Positions 27,996-35,791 of a stretch of 64,000 nt of DNA are shown here, piece by piece. The translations under genes were made by a program, and so were the position numbers. This DNA comes from an uncultured bacterium (GTDB lineage Bacteria; Planctomycetota; SZUA-567; JAKLDR01), in contig CALGYR010000091.1 of assembly GCA_937935355.1 (NCBI GenBank), positions 2,131-66,130 of the forward strand. Direction: 5' to 3'. The notes under the pieces are model-generated. The model had not been told where the DNA came from, made no database searches, and was given only the letters and a program-made list of their open reading frames with translations. Each line of letters starts with the position of its first letter. Within the stretch, counting starts at the first letter, position 1.

Positions 27996-28790
27996 TCAGC
28001 TCCCGATCCCCAGGGCGGCGAAGAACCCCGCCTGGTAGACCTTCTCCACGTAGACCGCGACCGGCTTCTTGATCAGCAGCTTCTTCTGGTTGTCGACGTC
28101 GTCGGCGTACTGCACCCACATGTAGTCCCATCCCTGCTTGGTGATGGGGCCGATGGTCCCGACCATAATGTCCGTCCGGTTGGGCTGCGCCGCGAACTTG
28201 TAGCTGATCTCCCAGTCCTCCGCGCCCTTCCTCGACCCCGAGGCGCCCAGGAACAGGCACTCGCCCGGCTGGAAGCCCCGGAACCAGTCCGCGTTCACCG
28301 TGCCCGTCAGCCTGAAGAGGTTCCCCCGGTAGGTCGCGGTCACCGCGACCGCCGGCAGGTAGTGCGTCTCGGAGAAGCTGTAGACGGGGACGGTGATGTC
28401 CACGCCGGCGACGTTCTCGCCGTCGAACCCGATGGCGCCCTCCAGCTTGTCCGAGGCCGCCGGGCCGTACTTCGCCCGCGTCTGGATGCTCTGCGTGATG
28501 TGCTGGCTGCCGCCGCCGGTGTCGAATGAAATCACCGGCTCGTTGCCGGACTGGACGTCCAGCGTCTCGTAGCGGACCGAGACCTTCCAGGTGGTCGCGT
28601 TGACTCGTTCGACCACCTCTATGGACTTCCGGGGCATACCGGCGTACCAGGACGGCGTGCCGGCCAGCGCCATCGCCTTGACCTGCGACTCGTCGGAGGC
28701 CCCGCGGACCGCATACGGAATCTCGGCCGAGGACTTCTCGGCGAGCGTCTCGCTACGGCCCTGGAAGAGTTCCTCGATCACTGCAGGCAT
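27996..28790 (-). CDS. Distal tail/hub-like protein
   Basis: Directly after the tape measure; beta-rich, NLFRLTGTVNADWFRGFQPGECLFLG. Confidence 0.72.
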   Translation of the reverse strand: MPAVIEELFQGRSETLAEKSSAEIPYAVRGASDESQVKAMALAGTPSWYAGMPRKSIEVVERVNATTWKVSVRYETLDVQSGNEPVISFDTGGGSQHITQSIQTRAKYGPAASDKLEGAIGFDGENVAGVDITVPVYSFSETHYLPAVAVTATYRGNLFRLTGTVNADWFRGFQPGECLFLGASGSRKGAEDWEISYKFAAQPNRTDIMVGTIGPITKQGWDYMWVQYADDVDNQKKLLIKKPVAVYVEKVYQAGFFAALGIGS

Positions 28791-28794
28791 GGCG

Positions 28795-31125
28795 TCACTC
28801 GAAGACCATCTCGTTCTCGAGCATCCGGTCGGCGATCTTCTTGGTGTTCTTGGCCGTCTCCTCGGTCGCCTTGGCCGTGCGATCCTCGGCCGCCGACGGG
28901 CCCACGCCCAGGCCCCAGGCCGCCTCGGCGCTGAACGTGCCCACCGCCTCGATCTTGACGGCCTTCTCGATGGCCGGCAGCGCCGCCTGCAGGGCCTCCT
29001 TGATCTTGGGGATTTCCGGAGCGGCAGGCGCTTCCGGCGCCTCGGGCTGCTTCTGCTCGGCCGCCTCGCGCTTGGCCTTGGCTTCGGCCAGCGAGGCCTT
29101 CCACTCCTCCCGGGCCTTCCGCAGCGCCTCCTCGGACTCGGCCAACTCCTTGTCGTGGCTCTCCTGTCGCTCCTTGTCCTTGGCGACCGACTCGTCCAGG
29201 ATCATGCCGATGACCGCCTTGCGCTCCTCCTCGATGGCGGCCAGTTCCTTGTCGCGCGCGTCCTGGGTGCTCGCGCTCCGGAGGTCGGCCTCGACGTTCA
29301 GCCGCTTGGTCTCCTCGTCGATGTTCTTGGAGACCGCCTCCACGTCGAAGGATTCGTCGAACGCGCCCACCACCTTGGCCATCTGCTTGGCGATCCACCC
29401 CGTGGCCTGGTTCCAGACCTTGATGATGGCCGTGGACAGGTTCGTCCAGAGGTTGAGCAGGAAGTTGATCGACGTCGCCCAGATCTTCCGGATGCCGTAC
29501 CACGCCTCGGCCACGACGATGGTCAGTCCGTCGAAGGCTTCCCCCGCGGTGTTCAGGAACCAGTACTTGAAGGCGATCCAGTAGCCCTTGAGCCAGTTGA
29601 TCCCGGTCTGCCAGGCGACCTTCAAAGACAGCCACAGGACCTTGGCGGCGAGCGCAATGTCCCCGGCCGCCAGCGCGTCCTTGATCCCCTGTATCGACTC
29701 CAGGGCGAAGCCCTTGAGGTCGTCGAACCGCTCGGAAAGCCAGGCCAGCGCCTTGCCCCCGGCCCCCGAGGCCCACAGGAAGTAGGCCCCCAGGCCGGCC
29801 AGCGCCGCGACCACCAGGCCGATGGGCGTCAGGAGCGCGCCGAGGACCGAGCCGATGAAGCTTAGGAGCGTCCCGACCAGGCTAAGGATGGTCCCGATCC
29901 CGCCGAAGATGTAGCCCAGTGCCGAGGCCGCCACGCCCAGGGTGATGAGCGCCGCGCCCACCAGGGCGACGATCCCCACCACCTTGGCCGCAGCAACCAC
30001 CAGCTCCTTGTGGCCGGCCAGGAAGTCCCGGATCATCCCGCCCCAGCGCTTCAGGGTGCCGGCCAGCTTCTCCAGCGGCTCGGCCAGCGCTTCCCCGATG
30101 ATCGAGAGCGACACCAGCGCCGACTGCTTCAGCTGTGCGAACGAATGGGCCATCGTCTTGGTCATCTTGCCGTAGGCGACCTCCGTCGCCCCGGCGCGGT
30201 CGGCCATCACCGCCATGTCCTGCGTGAAGCCTTCCATGTTCTTCAAGGCCGGCAGCACGCCCTTCAAGGCCCGGACGTTGGGGAAGAGCTTCGAAATCGC
30301 GTCCGGCGGCAGCTGCGAGATGCGCTTGAAGACCCCGGCCAGGCCCTCGGTCTTCAGCGTCGTCGAGGACATCTCGAAGCCGAGTTCCTTGGCGTACTCC
30401 TCGGCCTCGGCCGTCGGCTTGAGGAACGAGGAGATGATCGCGTTCAAGGCCGTGACGGCGTTCTCGGTCTGCACGCCGCTCCGGGTCATCGTGGCCAGCG
30501 CCGCGCCTACCTCCTCCAGCGACACCCCGGCCGTCGCCGCTATAGTGGCGACGTTGCCGATGGACGGCGCCAGCTGCGCGAAGGTCGTCTTGCCCCGCAT
30601 GACCACTTTGAAGAGCAGGTCCGAGACCGTGGCGGCGTAGTCGGCCGACAGGCCGTAGGAGTTGAGGACCGTGGTGATGGCGTCCGCGGCCGTCTTCGTG
30701 TCCGAGAGTCCTGCCTTGGCGGCCTTGGCCGCGACCGCCAGCACCTGGAGCGCCTTCTCGGGAGCGACCGACGCCGACAGGATGTCGTAGAGCCCGCCGG
30801 CCAGCGTGTCCGTGCTCTCGCCGAACTCGATGGCCATGTCCCGAATGCCCTGCCGGAACTTGTCCATGAACTTCTCGGGCTGCTCGAGCATCGTCGAGAC
30901 GTTGGCCATCTGCTGCTCGAAGTCCGCATAGACCTTCACACCGGCGACGAACGGCGTGGCGAAGGCGGCCGACAGGCCCACCATCTTGAGCCCGGCGGCC
31001 CGGACCGAAGCGCCGAAGGCGGTCAGCCGCGCCTGGGCGCGCTTCAGGCCCCGCGCCAGGAGCATGTCCCTGGCGTAGAGCTCGATGAACGCCGCACCGG
31101 CCCGGATGCCGCCCGCGTAGGCCAT
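28795..31125 (-). CDS. Tail tape measure protein (TP901-like)
   Basis: Ala-rich helical; DFEQQMANV, 11/22-residue periodicity, TM-like segment, charged coiled-coil C-terminus. Confidence 0.93.
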   Translation of the reverse strand: MAYAGGIRAGAAFIELYARDMLLARGLKRAQARLTAFGASVRAAGLKMVGLSAAFATPFVAGVKVYADFEQQMANVSTMLEQPEKFMDKFRQGIRDMAIEFGESTDTLAGGLYDILSASVAPEKALQVLAVAAKAAKAGLSDTKTAADAITTVLNSYGLSADYAATVSDLLFKVVMRGKTTFAQLAPSIGNVATIAATAGVSLEEVGAALATMTRSGVQTENAVTALNAIISSFLKPTAEAEEYAKELGFEMSSTTLKTEGLAGVFKRISQLPPDAISKLFPNVRALKGVLPALKNMEGFTQDMAVMADRAGATEVAYGKMTKTMAHSFAQLKQSALVSLSIIGEALAEPLEKLAGTLKRWGGMIRDFLAGHKELVVAAAKVVGIVALVGAALITLGVAASALGYIFGGIGTILSLVGTLLSFIGSVLGALLTPIGLVVAALAGLGAYFLWASGAGGKALAWLSERFDDLKGFALESIQGIKDALAAGDIALAAKVLWLSLKVAWQTGINWLKGYWIAFKYWFLNTAGEAFDGLTIVVAEAWYGIRKIWATSINFLLNLWTNLSTAIIKVWNQATGWIAKQMAKVVGAFDESFDVEAVSKNIDEETKRLNVEADLRSASTQDARDKELAAIEEERKAVIGMILDESVAKDKERQESHDKELAESEEALRKAREEWKASLAEAKAKREAAEQKQPEAPEAPAAPEIPKIKEALQAALPAIEKAVKIEAVGTFSAEAAWGLGVGPSAAEDRTAKATEETAKNTKKIADRMLENEMVFE

Positions 31126-31190
31126 CTGCTACTCCTTGCGCCCCATCAACTCACCGCTAGAATCGCTCGAAGAATGAAGGGAGGCGCCTT

Positions 31191-31415
31191 GTGGAACTGA
31201 GGACGGAGCACGGGATTGAGATTCCCAGCGATGTCTATGGCAATAACATCGCCTTCGCCTGCCCCTGCTGTGGCTTTCCCGTGCTTGCGACATCGAACGC
31301 GCCGAAGAACATCGCTAGGGGCGCTTCGCCCGACAAGCCGGTTCCCTGCCGACGATGCATGACCAAGTACTGGATCGAGACTGATCAATCTTGCTTCGTT
31401 CTCCACCGCGGGTAA
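31191..31415 (+). CDS. Small Zn-ribbon protein inserted antisense in the tail operon
   Basis: GGAGG then GTG; CPCC and CRRC pairs. Confidence 0.55.
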   Translation: MELRTEHGIEIPSDVYGNNIAFACPCCGFPVLATSNAPKNIARGASPDKPVPCRRCMTKYWIETDQSCFVLHRG

Positions 31416-31418
31416 CCC

Positions 31419-31658
31419 TCAGTTCTGGTCCGGCAAGCAGTACCATCCCTCAGGCAAGTCCACCACCGCCGGGATCTCCTTCCCCTGGCCGTCAGCCACC
31501 CAAACCTTCACCTGCCTGACCGTCTCCCGGAGGCGCACCGGTTCCCCCGGCGGCACGAGCACCGCTCGCGTCCCGCACCCGACGCAGAAGACGCTCGCGC
31601 AGATCGTCGCGGCGAGCGCCATCCTCCACGCTGTCCGAAAGGCCTTCTCGTATCGCAT
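31419..31658 (-). CDS. Lipoprotein, Rz1/o-spanin-like
   Basis: Lipobox-like FCVGC then GTRAVLVPPGEPV; Pro-rich; overlaps 31492-31743 in another frame. Confidence 0.65.
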   Translation of the reverse strand: MRYEKAFRTAWRMALAATICASVFCVGCGTRAVLVPPGEPVRLRETVRQVKVWVADGQGKEIPAVVDLPEGWYCLPDQN

Positions 31659-31743
31659 GGGCGAGGATCTCCACGAGCACCGGGGCGCACTCGGCCAAGA
31701 GGGCGCCGAGGAAGCGCCCCAGTGCGACTGCCAGTCCGCTCAC
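31492..31743 (-). CDS. Rz/i-spanin-like membrane protein
   Basis: GTG overlaps the holin stop; hydrophobic N-terminus then charged helix; overlaps the lipoprotein gene. Confidence 0.5.
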   Translation of the reverse strand: MSGLAVALGRFLGALLAECAPVLVEILAHAIREGLSDSVEDGARRDDLRERLLRRVRDASGARAAGGTGAPPGDGQAGEGLGG

Positions 31744-31937
31744 TTCGCGCCCACGTCCTCGGACGTGACCTTGTTGTCGCGCGCGGTGATCAGGCCGATC
31801 CCGGCCGCCACGGCCGCGCAGACCGCCGTCCAGTCCGGGTTCGTTGCCGGGTCGCCGTCGATGGCCAGCTTCACCGCCCCGGCCACGGCCACGAGGATCG
31901 CGCAGATGCCCATCACGGTCGTCTTCCAGCTCTTCAC
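31740..31937 (-). CDS. Holin-like two-TM protein
   Basis: AAGGAGG then GTG; MKSWKTT-TM-DGDPATNPDW-TM-charged tail. Confidence 0.7.
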   Translation of the reverse strand: MKSWKTTVMGICAILVAVAGAVKLAIDGDPATNPDWTAVCAAVAAGIGLITARDNKVTSEDVGAK

Positions 31938-31938
31938 G

Positions 31939-32375
31939 TCACGCCTCCTTCCGTCCCGCCTTGCCATCCACGAAGACCGCCTTCAGGATGGACAGGTCCT
32001 TGGTCTTGGGCGCCGGCCGCTCTTCATCCCCGTAGGGATTGAAGTCCGACGCCCCGTAGGCCCGGTGCTTCTTCGGGTCGCGGTTCACGTTGGCCAGCAA
32101 GGCCATCACCGAGGCCGTCCGGTTCCAGGCTTCCCGGCTCTTGCCCTCGGCCATCTGCGCCAGCTCGCGCAGCGTGAACGGCCCCGGCTCTACTCCGACG
32201 ATCCCGGCAAGCCGCCAGATAAGGTCCCAAGCTCGGCCAGCGCCGACTCGAACTTGGCGTCCAGCTCCGGACTCGAGAGCCGCTTCTCGGCGACCTCCAG
32301 CGCCTTCGCCTCGAAGGCGCCGTACTTGTCCATCGCCTTCCGGAGCACCTTCCGGCGGCCCTGGGGGAAAAAATC
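31939..32375 (-). CDS. Tail assembly chaperone C-terminal (G-T type) extension in the -1 frame
   Basis: -1 frame open from slippery T TTT TTC (32367-32373) to the stop at 31939; WDLIWRLAGIVGVEPGPFTLREL. Confidence 0.6.
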
Positions 32376-32657
32376 GACCAGCTCTCCCAGGAAGGCCGCG
32401 GTCGCGCCGTCCAATGCGTCGCCGCCCATCGCCCGGCCGAAGTCCTCGTCGGAAACCTTCTGCGCGTCGGCCTCCGGCTTCACCGCCGCAAAGAGCACGT
32501 CGCAGAGGAAGACCGGGTCGCCGGCCAACCGCTCGACCAGCTTGCCCTCGATGACCTCCAGCAAGTTCACGCCCAGGAGCGACTTCACCCGCTTGAGTGC
32601 ATCGACGTTGATCTGCACCGACCATGTCCGGCCGGCGTTGTCCTTGAAGGTCCGCAT
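32190..32657 (-). CDS. Tail assembly chaperone (gpG-like)
   Basis: Follows the tail tube gene; contains VDFF at the slippery site. Confidence 0.8.
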   Translation of the reverse strand: MRTFKDNAGRTWSVQINVDALKRVKSLLGVNLLEVIEGKLVERLAGDPVFLCDVLFAAVKPEADAQKVSDEDFGRAMGGDALDGATAAFLGELVDFFPQGRRKVLRKAMDKYGAFEAKALEVAEKRLSSPELDAKFESALAELGTLSGGLPGSSE

Positions 32658-32670
32658 CGCCAGCCCCTCC

Positions 32671-33111
32671 TCAGGTGACCTTCATCCACTCAGGCGCGTG
32701 CTCCGCGTAGGTCGGCTTCACCGACACCGACACGCTCATGGCCTCCTCGAGCGGCTCCTTCCGGCTGAAGCTGATCACCGACATCGTGGCCCGCAGCCCC
32801 TGGCTGCCGGAGGTCGCGATGGGCCCGTCCATCACCGCCATCTCGATGGGCGTGTCGCCGAACCAGGCGTTCTGGAGCGCCGCGAACCCCTCGTCCTCGG
32901 TGTCCCAGACCATCTCGAACTCGATGGAACCCTCCTTCAAGGTGCCCACCGTCGCCCGCCAGCCGGCGTTGCCGCGCGTGGTGACGTCGGCCTCGCCCTT
33001 CTCGAGGTTGAGCGTCACGTCCTTGGCGTTCTTGAGCTCCTTCCAATCCGGCGTCGCGTAGTCGCCGGCGTTGAAGTAGAGCTTGCCTTCCATCCCCAGC
33101 TTCTGACCCAT
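32671..33111 (-). CDS. Major tail tube protein
   Basis: KDVTLNLEKGEADVTTRGNAGWRATVGTLKEGSIEFEMVWD. Confidence 0.85.
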   Translation of the reverse strand: MGQKLGMEGKLYFNAGDYATPDWKELKNAKDVTLNLEKGEADVTTRGNAGWRATVGTLKEGSIEFEMVWDTEDEGFAALQNAWFGDTPIEMAVMDGPIATSGSQGLRATMSVISFSRKEPLEEAMSVSVSVKPTYAEHAPEWMKVT

Positions 33112-33123
33112 GACCGTCTCCTC

Positions 33124-33699
33124 CTAGCTTCTCACCGAGTCTCGCCACATCCGGGGCAATGCCGGCCGGCCGATGTCGAGCGCCGGCCCCATGAACGCGC
33201 GCCGCGGGTACTTCCGGGGCTTCTTGCTCTCGACCGGCCGCTCCTTGGGCGGGAGCTTCCGCGCCTCGTCCTTCGCCCGATCCACCTGCCGAGCCGTCTT
33301 CAGCTTCACCACCACGGCCCGGCCGCCCTCGACCGCGATGGGCCCGTGGCCGCCGACCTCCAGCTTCCAGTTGGCCTTCCGAGCCTTGCGCTTCTTGGGC
33401 GGCTCCGTGCCGCCGAACTCGTGGGTATGCCCGATCCGCCCCACCGCCGTCGCCGCCGGGCCGATCACCACCCCCTGCCGCCCCTTCTCCACCGCGAAGA
33501 GGATCGCGTTCTTGAGCCGGCCCTTGCGGCTGTGCGGCTGGTGCCCAGGCGGGGCCGGTTCCGCCGAGACCTTGATGCTCTTCCGGGCTATCCCGCGCAG
33601 ATACGCCCCGGCCTTGCCCAGGCTCTGCACCGAACCCTTCCGCGCGGCATCCCGCACCTTCCGGCCGTTCATCCGCACCCGCGCCCGCGCGCCGACCAT
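33124..33699 (-). CDS. Neck/tail-completion protein (HK97 gp10-like)
   Basis: Basic; HSRKGRLKNAI, HTHEFGG, YPRRAFMGPAL. Confidence 0.75.
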   Translation of the reverse strand: MVGARARVRMNGRKVRDAARKGSVQSLGKAGAYLRGIARKSIKVSAEPAPPGHQPHSRKGRLKNAILFAVEKGRQGVVIGPAATAVGRIGHTHEFGGTEPPKKRKARKANWKLEVGGHGPIAVEGGRAVVVKLKTARQVDRAKDEARKLPPKERPVESKKPRKYPRRAFMGPALDIGRPALPRMWRDSVRS

Positions 33700-33700
33700 C

Positions 33701-34117
33701 TCAGAGCCCCTGCGGCATCATCCCGCGCGGGAAGCGCAGGTAGTGCGCCGAGAGAATCCCCGTCCCGGCCTGCTGGCCGTTGCCGTTCTTGATGAAGGCC
33801 ACCAGCCGCCCGCCGCCGGGGATCAGCACGTTCCGCCCCAGGAGCGCGTTGACCAGGTCCGGGTCGGAGCCGTTGGCCAGGTTCTTGGTCATGGCTAGGT
33901 CCACCCAGCCGCGCCCCTCGCCCACGACCGGCTCCATCTGCAGCACCGCGTGGCAGGGGGCGTTGTTGGGCACGTAGACGGAGACCGCGATCAAGAGCCA
34001 GTTCTCGTCGAGCGGCACCGTCGATCCGTGGATCGTGACGCTGCCGGCCGTCGGCACCGTCGCCTCCTTCTCCTCGATGAGGAGCGGCGGCATCCGGCCG
34101 ATGTCCAGGTTCCACAT
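33701..34117 (-). CDS. Hypothetical virion-operon protein
   Basis: Tightly packed, codon-biased ORF. Confidence 0.6.
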   Translation of the reverse strand: MWNLDIGRMPPLLIEEKEATVPTAGSVTIHGSTVPLDENWLLIAVSVYVPNNAPCHAVLQMEPVVGEGRGWVDLAMTKNLANGSDPDLVNALLGRNVLIPGGGRLVAFIKNGNGQQAGTGILSAHYLRFPRGMMPQGL

Positions 34118-34121
34118 GGCG

Positions 34122-34553
34122 CTACTCCAAAAGCTGGAAGGTGAAAGTGAGGACGCTGGTGAACTGCCGCAGCTCGGACATGTGCTCCTGCGAGTAGACC
34201 GGCACGTTCTCGGTCTTGGCCCACACCGCCTGGTTGCACCCGGCCAGCCGCTTCAGCTTGAAGATCCCCGCGATCTCCTCGACCAGCTCCACCAGCGGGT
34301 CGATCTCCGCGGCATCGGCAGCCACGAGCTTCTTCTGGACCGCCACGTCGACCTTGACCTCGCGCGGCGTGCCGCTCCGCGAGCCGAGCTCCTGCTCGAC
34401 TCCCTTCGGCACCACCGTCACGTGCAGGTCCTTCATCTCGGCCAGGTCGAAGACCGGCTGGTAAGCCCGCGCCGCCGTAACCGGCATGGAGAGCGCCGCC
34501 GCGTTGATCTCGGCGACCACCGCATCGGCCACGCGCACGAGCGCCGCGGTCAT
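34122..34553 (-). CDS. Tail terminator-like protein
   Basis: Position; VTVVPKG...VDVAVQKK...RQFTSVLTFTF. Confidence 0.7.
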   Translation of the reverse strand: MTAALVRVADAVVAEINAAALSMPVTAARAYQPVFDLAEMKDLHVTVVPKGVEQELGSRSGTPREVKVDVAVQKKLVAADAAEIDPLVELVEEIAGIFKLKRLAGCNQAVWAKTENVPVYSQEHMSELRQFTSVLTFTFQLLE

Positions 34554-34560
34554 GACGGCC

Positions 34561-34665
34561 TCACCAGGCCAGCTTCACGAAGATGGGCAACAGCGTCAGC
34601 GCCAGGGCCAGCGCCGCGACCAGCACGGCCGCCCGGCATGCTCCGCAAGGGTGCTCGCAACTCAT
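34561..34665 (-). CDS. 34-aa membrane peptide
   Basis: ATGA overlap; MSCEHPCGACRAAVLVAALALALTLLPIFVKLAW. Confidence 0.45.
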   Translation of the reverse strand: MSCEHPCGACRAAVLVAALALALTLLPIFVKLAW

Positions 34666-34940
34666 CGGTTCTCCTTCCCGCGCGCCGCCCCGGCCGCCAT
34701 CTGCTCCAGGGCGCGCGTGTTCTTCTCCAGGGCCTCCAAGAGGGTCTCCCGGACCCACTTGTGGTCCCGCTCTATCGCCTCGCTCATCCGCTTCTCGCGC
34801 AGCCAGTCGCGCCAGAGGACGTAGCTGATCACCAGGCCCGCCAGGCCCCACTGGCACCACATCGTGCCGTCGCCGCCCACCGGCACGGAGACGGCCAGCA
34901 AGCCGCCCATCCCCGCCTTCATCGCCATGTCCGCGATCAC
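34662..34940 (-). CDS. Holin-like (BhlA/UviB-type architecture) TM plus coiled-coil protein
   Basis: GTGA overlap; WGLAGLVISYVLWRD then LEKNTRALEQ. Confidence 0.55.
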   Translation of the reverse strand: MIADMAMKAGMGGLLAVSVPVGGDGTMWCQWGLAGLVISYVLWRDWLREKRMSEAIERDHKWVRETLLEALEKNTRALEQMAAGAARGKENR

Positions 34941-35323
34941 GGCGCGTCCTCCACGCCGACCTGCTTGGTGTGAATCCGAAGCGTGTGGCGGTAGAGGTCG
35001 GAGTACCGCCACTCCGGCTCCTTGCCCGGGGCCATCACCTCGTAGACGAAGACTTTGTCGCCCTGGCGCTCGCGCACTTGGTCGCCACGCTTCGGCGTGG
35101 TCTGCACACCGCCGAGAACCAGCTCGCGGGCCAGGACCAGGAAGTCCCGCGTCTCCGTCCGCTCGGCCACGCCGTACTCGCCCGCGAGCTCGAAGACCGT
35201 CTTCCCCACCGTGGCCCGGACCCGGACGGACTCCCCGGCGCGGACGTAGTCGACCGGCCGCGTCGCGTGCTTCACGCGCTCGCGCTCCAGCCACTCCAGT
35301 CCGCGCCGAAGGAGATCCGCCAC
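34937..35323 (-). CDS. Head-tail adaptor/closure protein
   Basis: Position after DUF2190; PKRGDQVRE...WRYSDLYRHTLRIHTK. Confidence 0.75.
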   Translation of the reverse strand: MADLLRRGLEWLERERVKHATRPVDYVRAGESVRVRATVGKTVFELAGEYGVAERTETRDFLVLARELVLGGVQTTPKRGDQVRERQGDKVFVYEVMAPGKEPEWRYSDLYRHTLRIHTKQVGVEDAP

Positions 35324-35334
35324 GGCCGCACCCG

Positions 35335-35664
35335 CTACTGGCTGAGCCTGGCCCGCACAACGCCGTCGGCGTCGGCCGCGTCCTTCACGCTCTTGCCCAG
35401 GTACTTGTTGGCCCCGCCGCCGTCCGAGGTCGTGGCGACCTTGGCCGTCTCGTCCCAGTAGAGCCGGCTGCCCTTCGGGATCGCCCCCGCGCCCTTGGCG
35501 AAGTCGTAGACCCCGACCAGCGACAGCGCCCCCAGCACCCCGGCCTGGATCGCGCGCTTGGCCACGCCCACCATGTCGCCCAGGACGACCACGTCGCCGG
35601 CCGCCACGTCGGCCGCCGGGACGAAGTCCACCGCATCTCCCATCTGCACGTACTCGGCCATCAC
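35335..35664 (-). CDS. DUF2190 family capsid cement/decoration protein
   Basis: YVQMGDAVDF...VAAGDVVVLG...GALSLVGVYDFAK...LYWD. Confidence 0.85.
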   Translation of the reverse strand: MMAEYVQMGDAVDFVPAADVAAGDVVVLGDMVGVAKRAIQAGVLGALSLVGVYDFAKGAGAIPKGSRLYWDETAKVATTSDGGGANKYLGKSVKDAADADGVVRARLSQ

Positions 35665-35791
35665 GTTTTCACCCTCCGTTGCTCTTGCCCGCCGGGAATC
35701 CGGCCGCTACACTCGCGCTGCCTTCCCGCCGCCGGTTTCTGCACCTTGGTGGGACTCGCCCTTGGCGGCGGGAAGGCATCTCCTCTCCCGC

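Noticed and set aside
22982-31125. Diversity-generating retroelement targeting the tail genes
   Set aside because: No reverse transcriptase motif and no TR/VR pair differing at adenines seen in the window.
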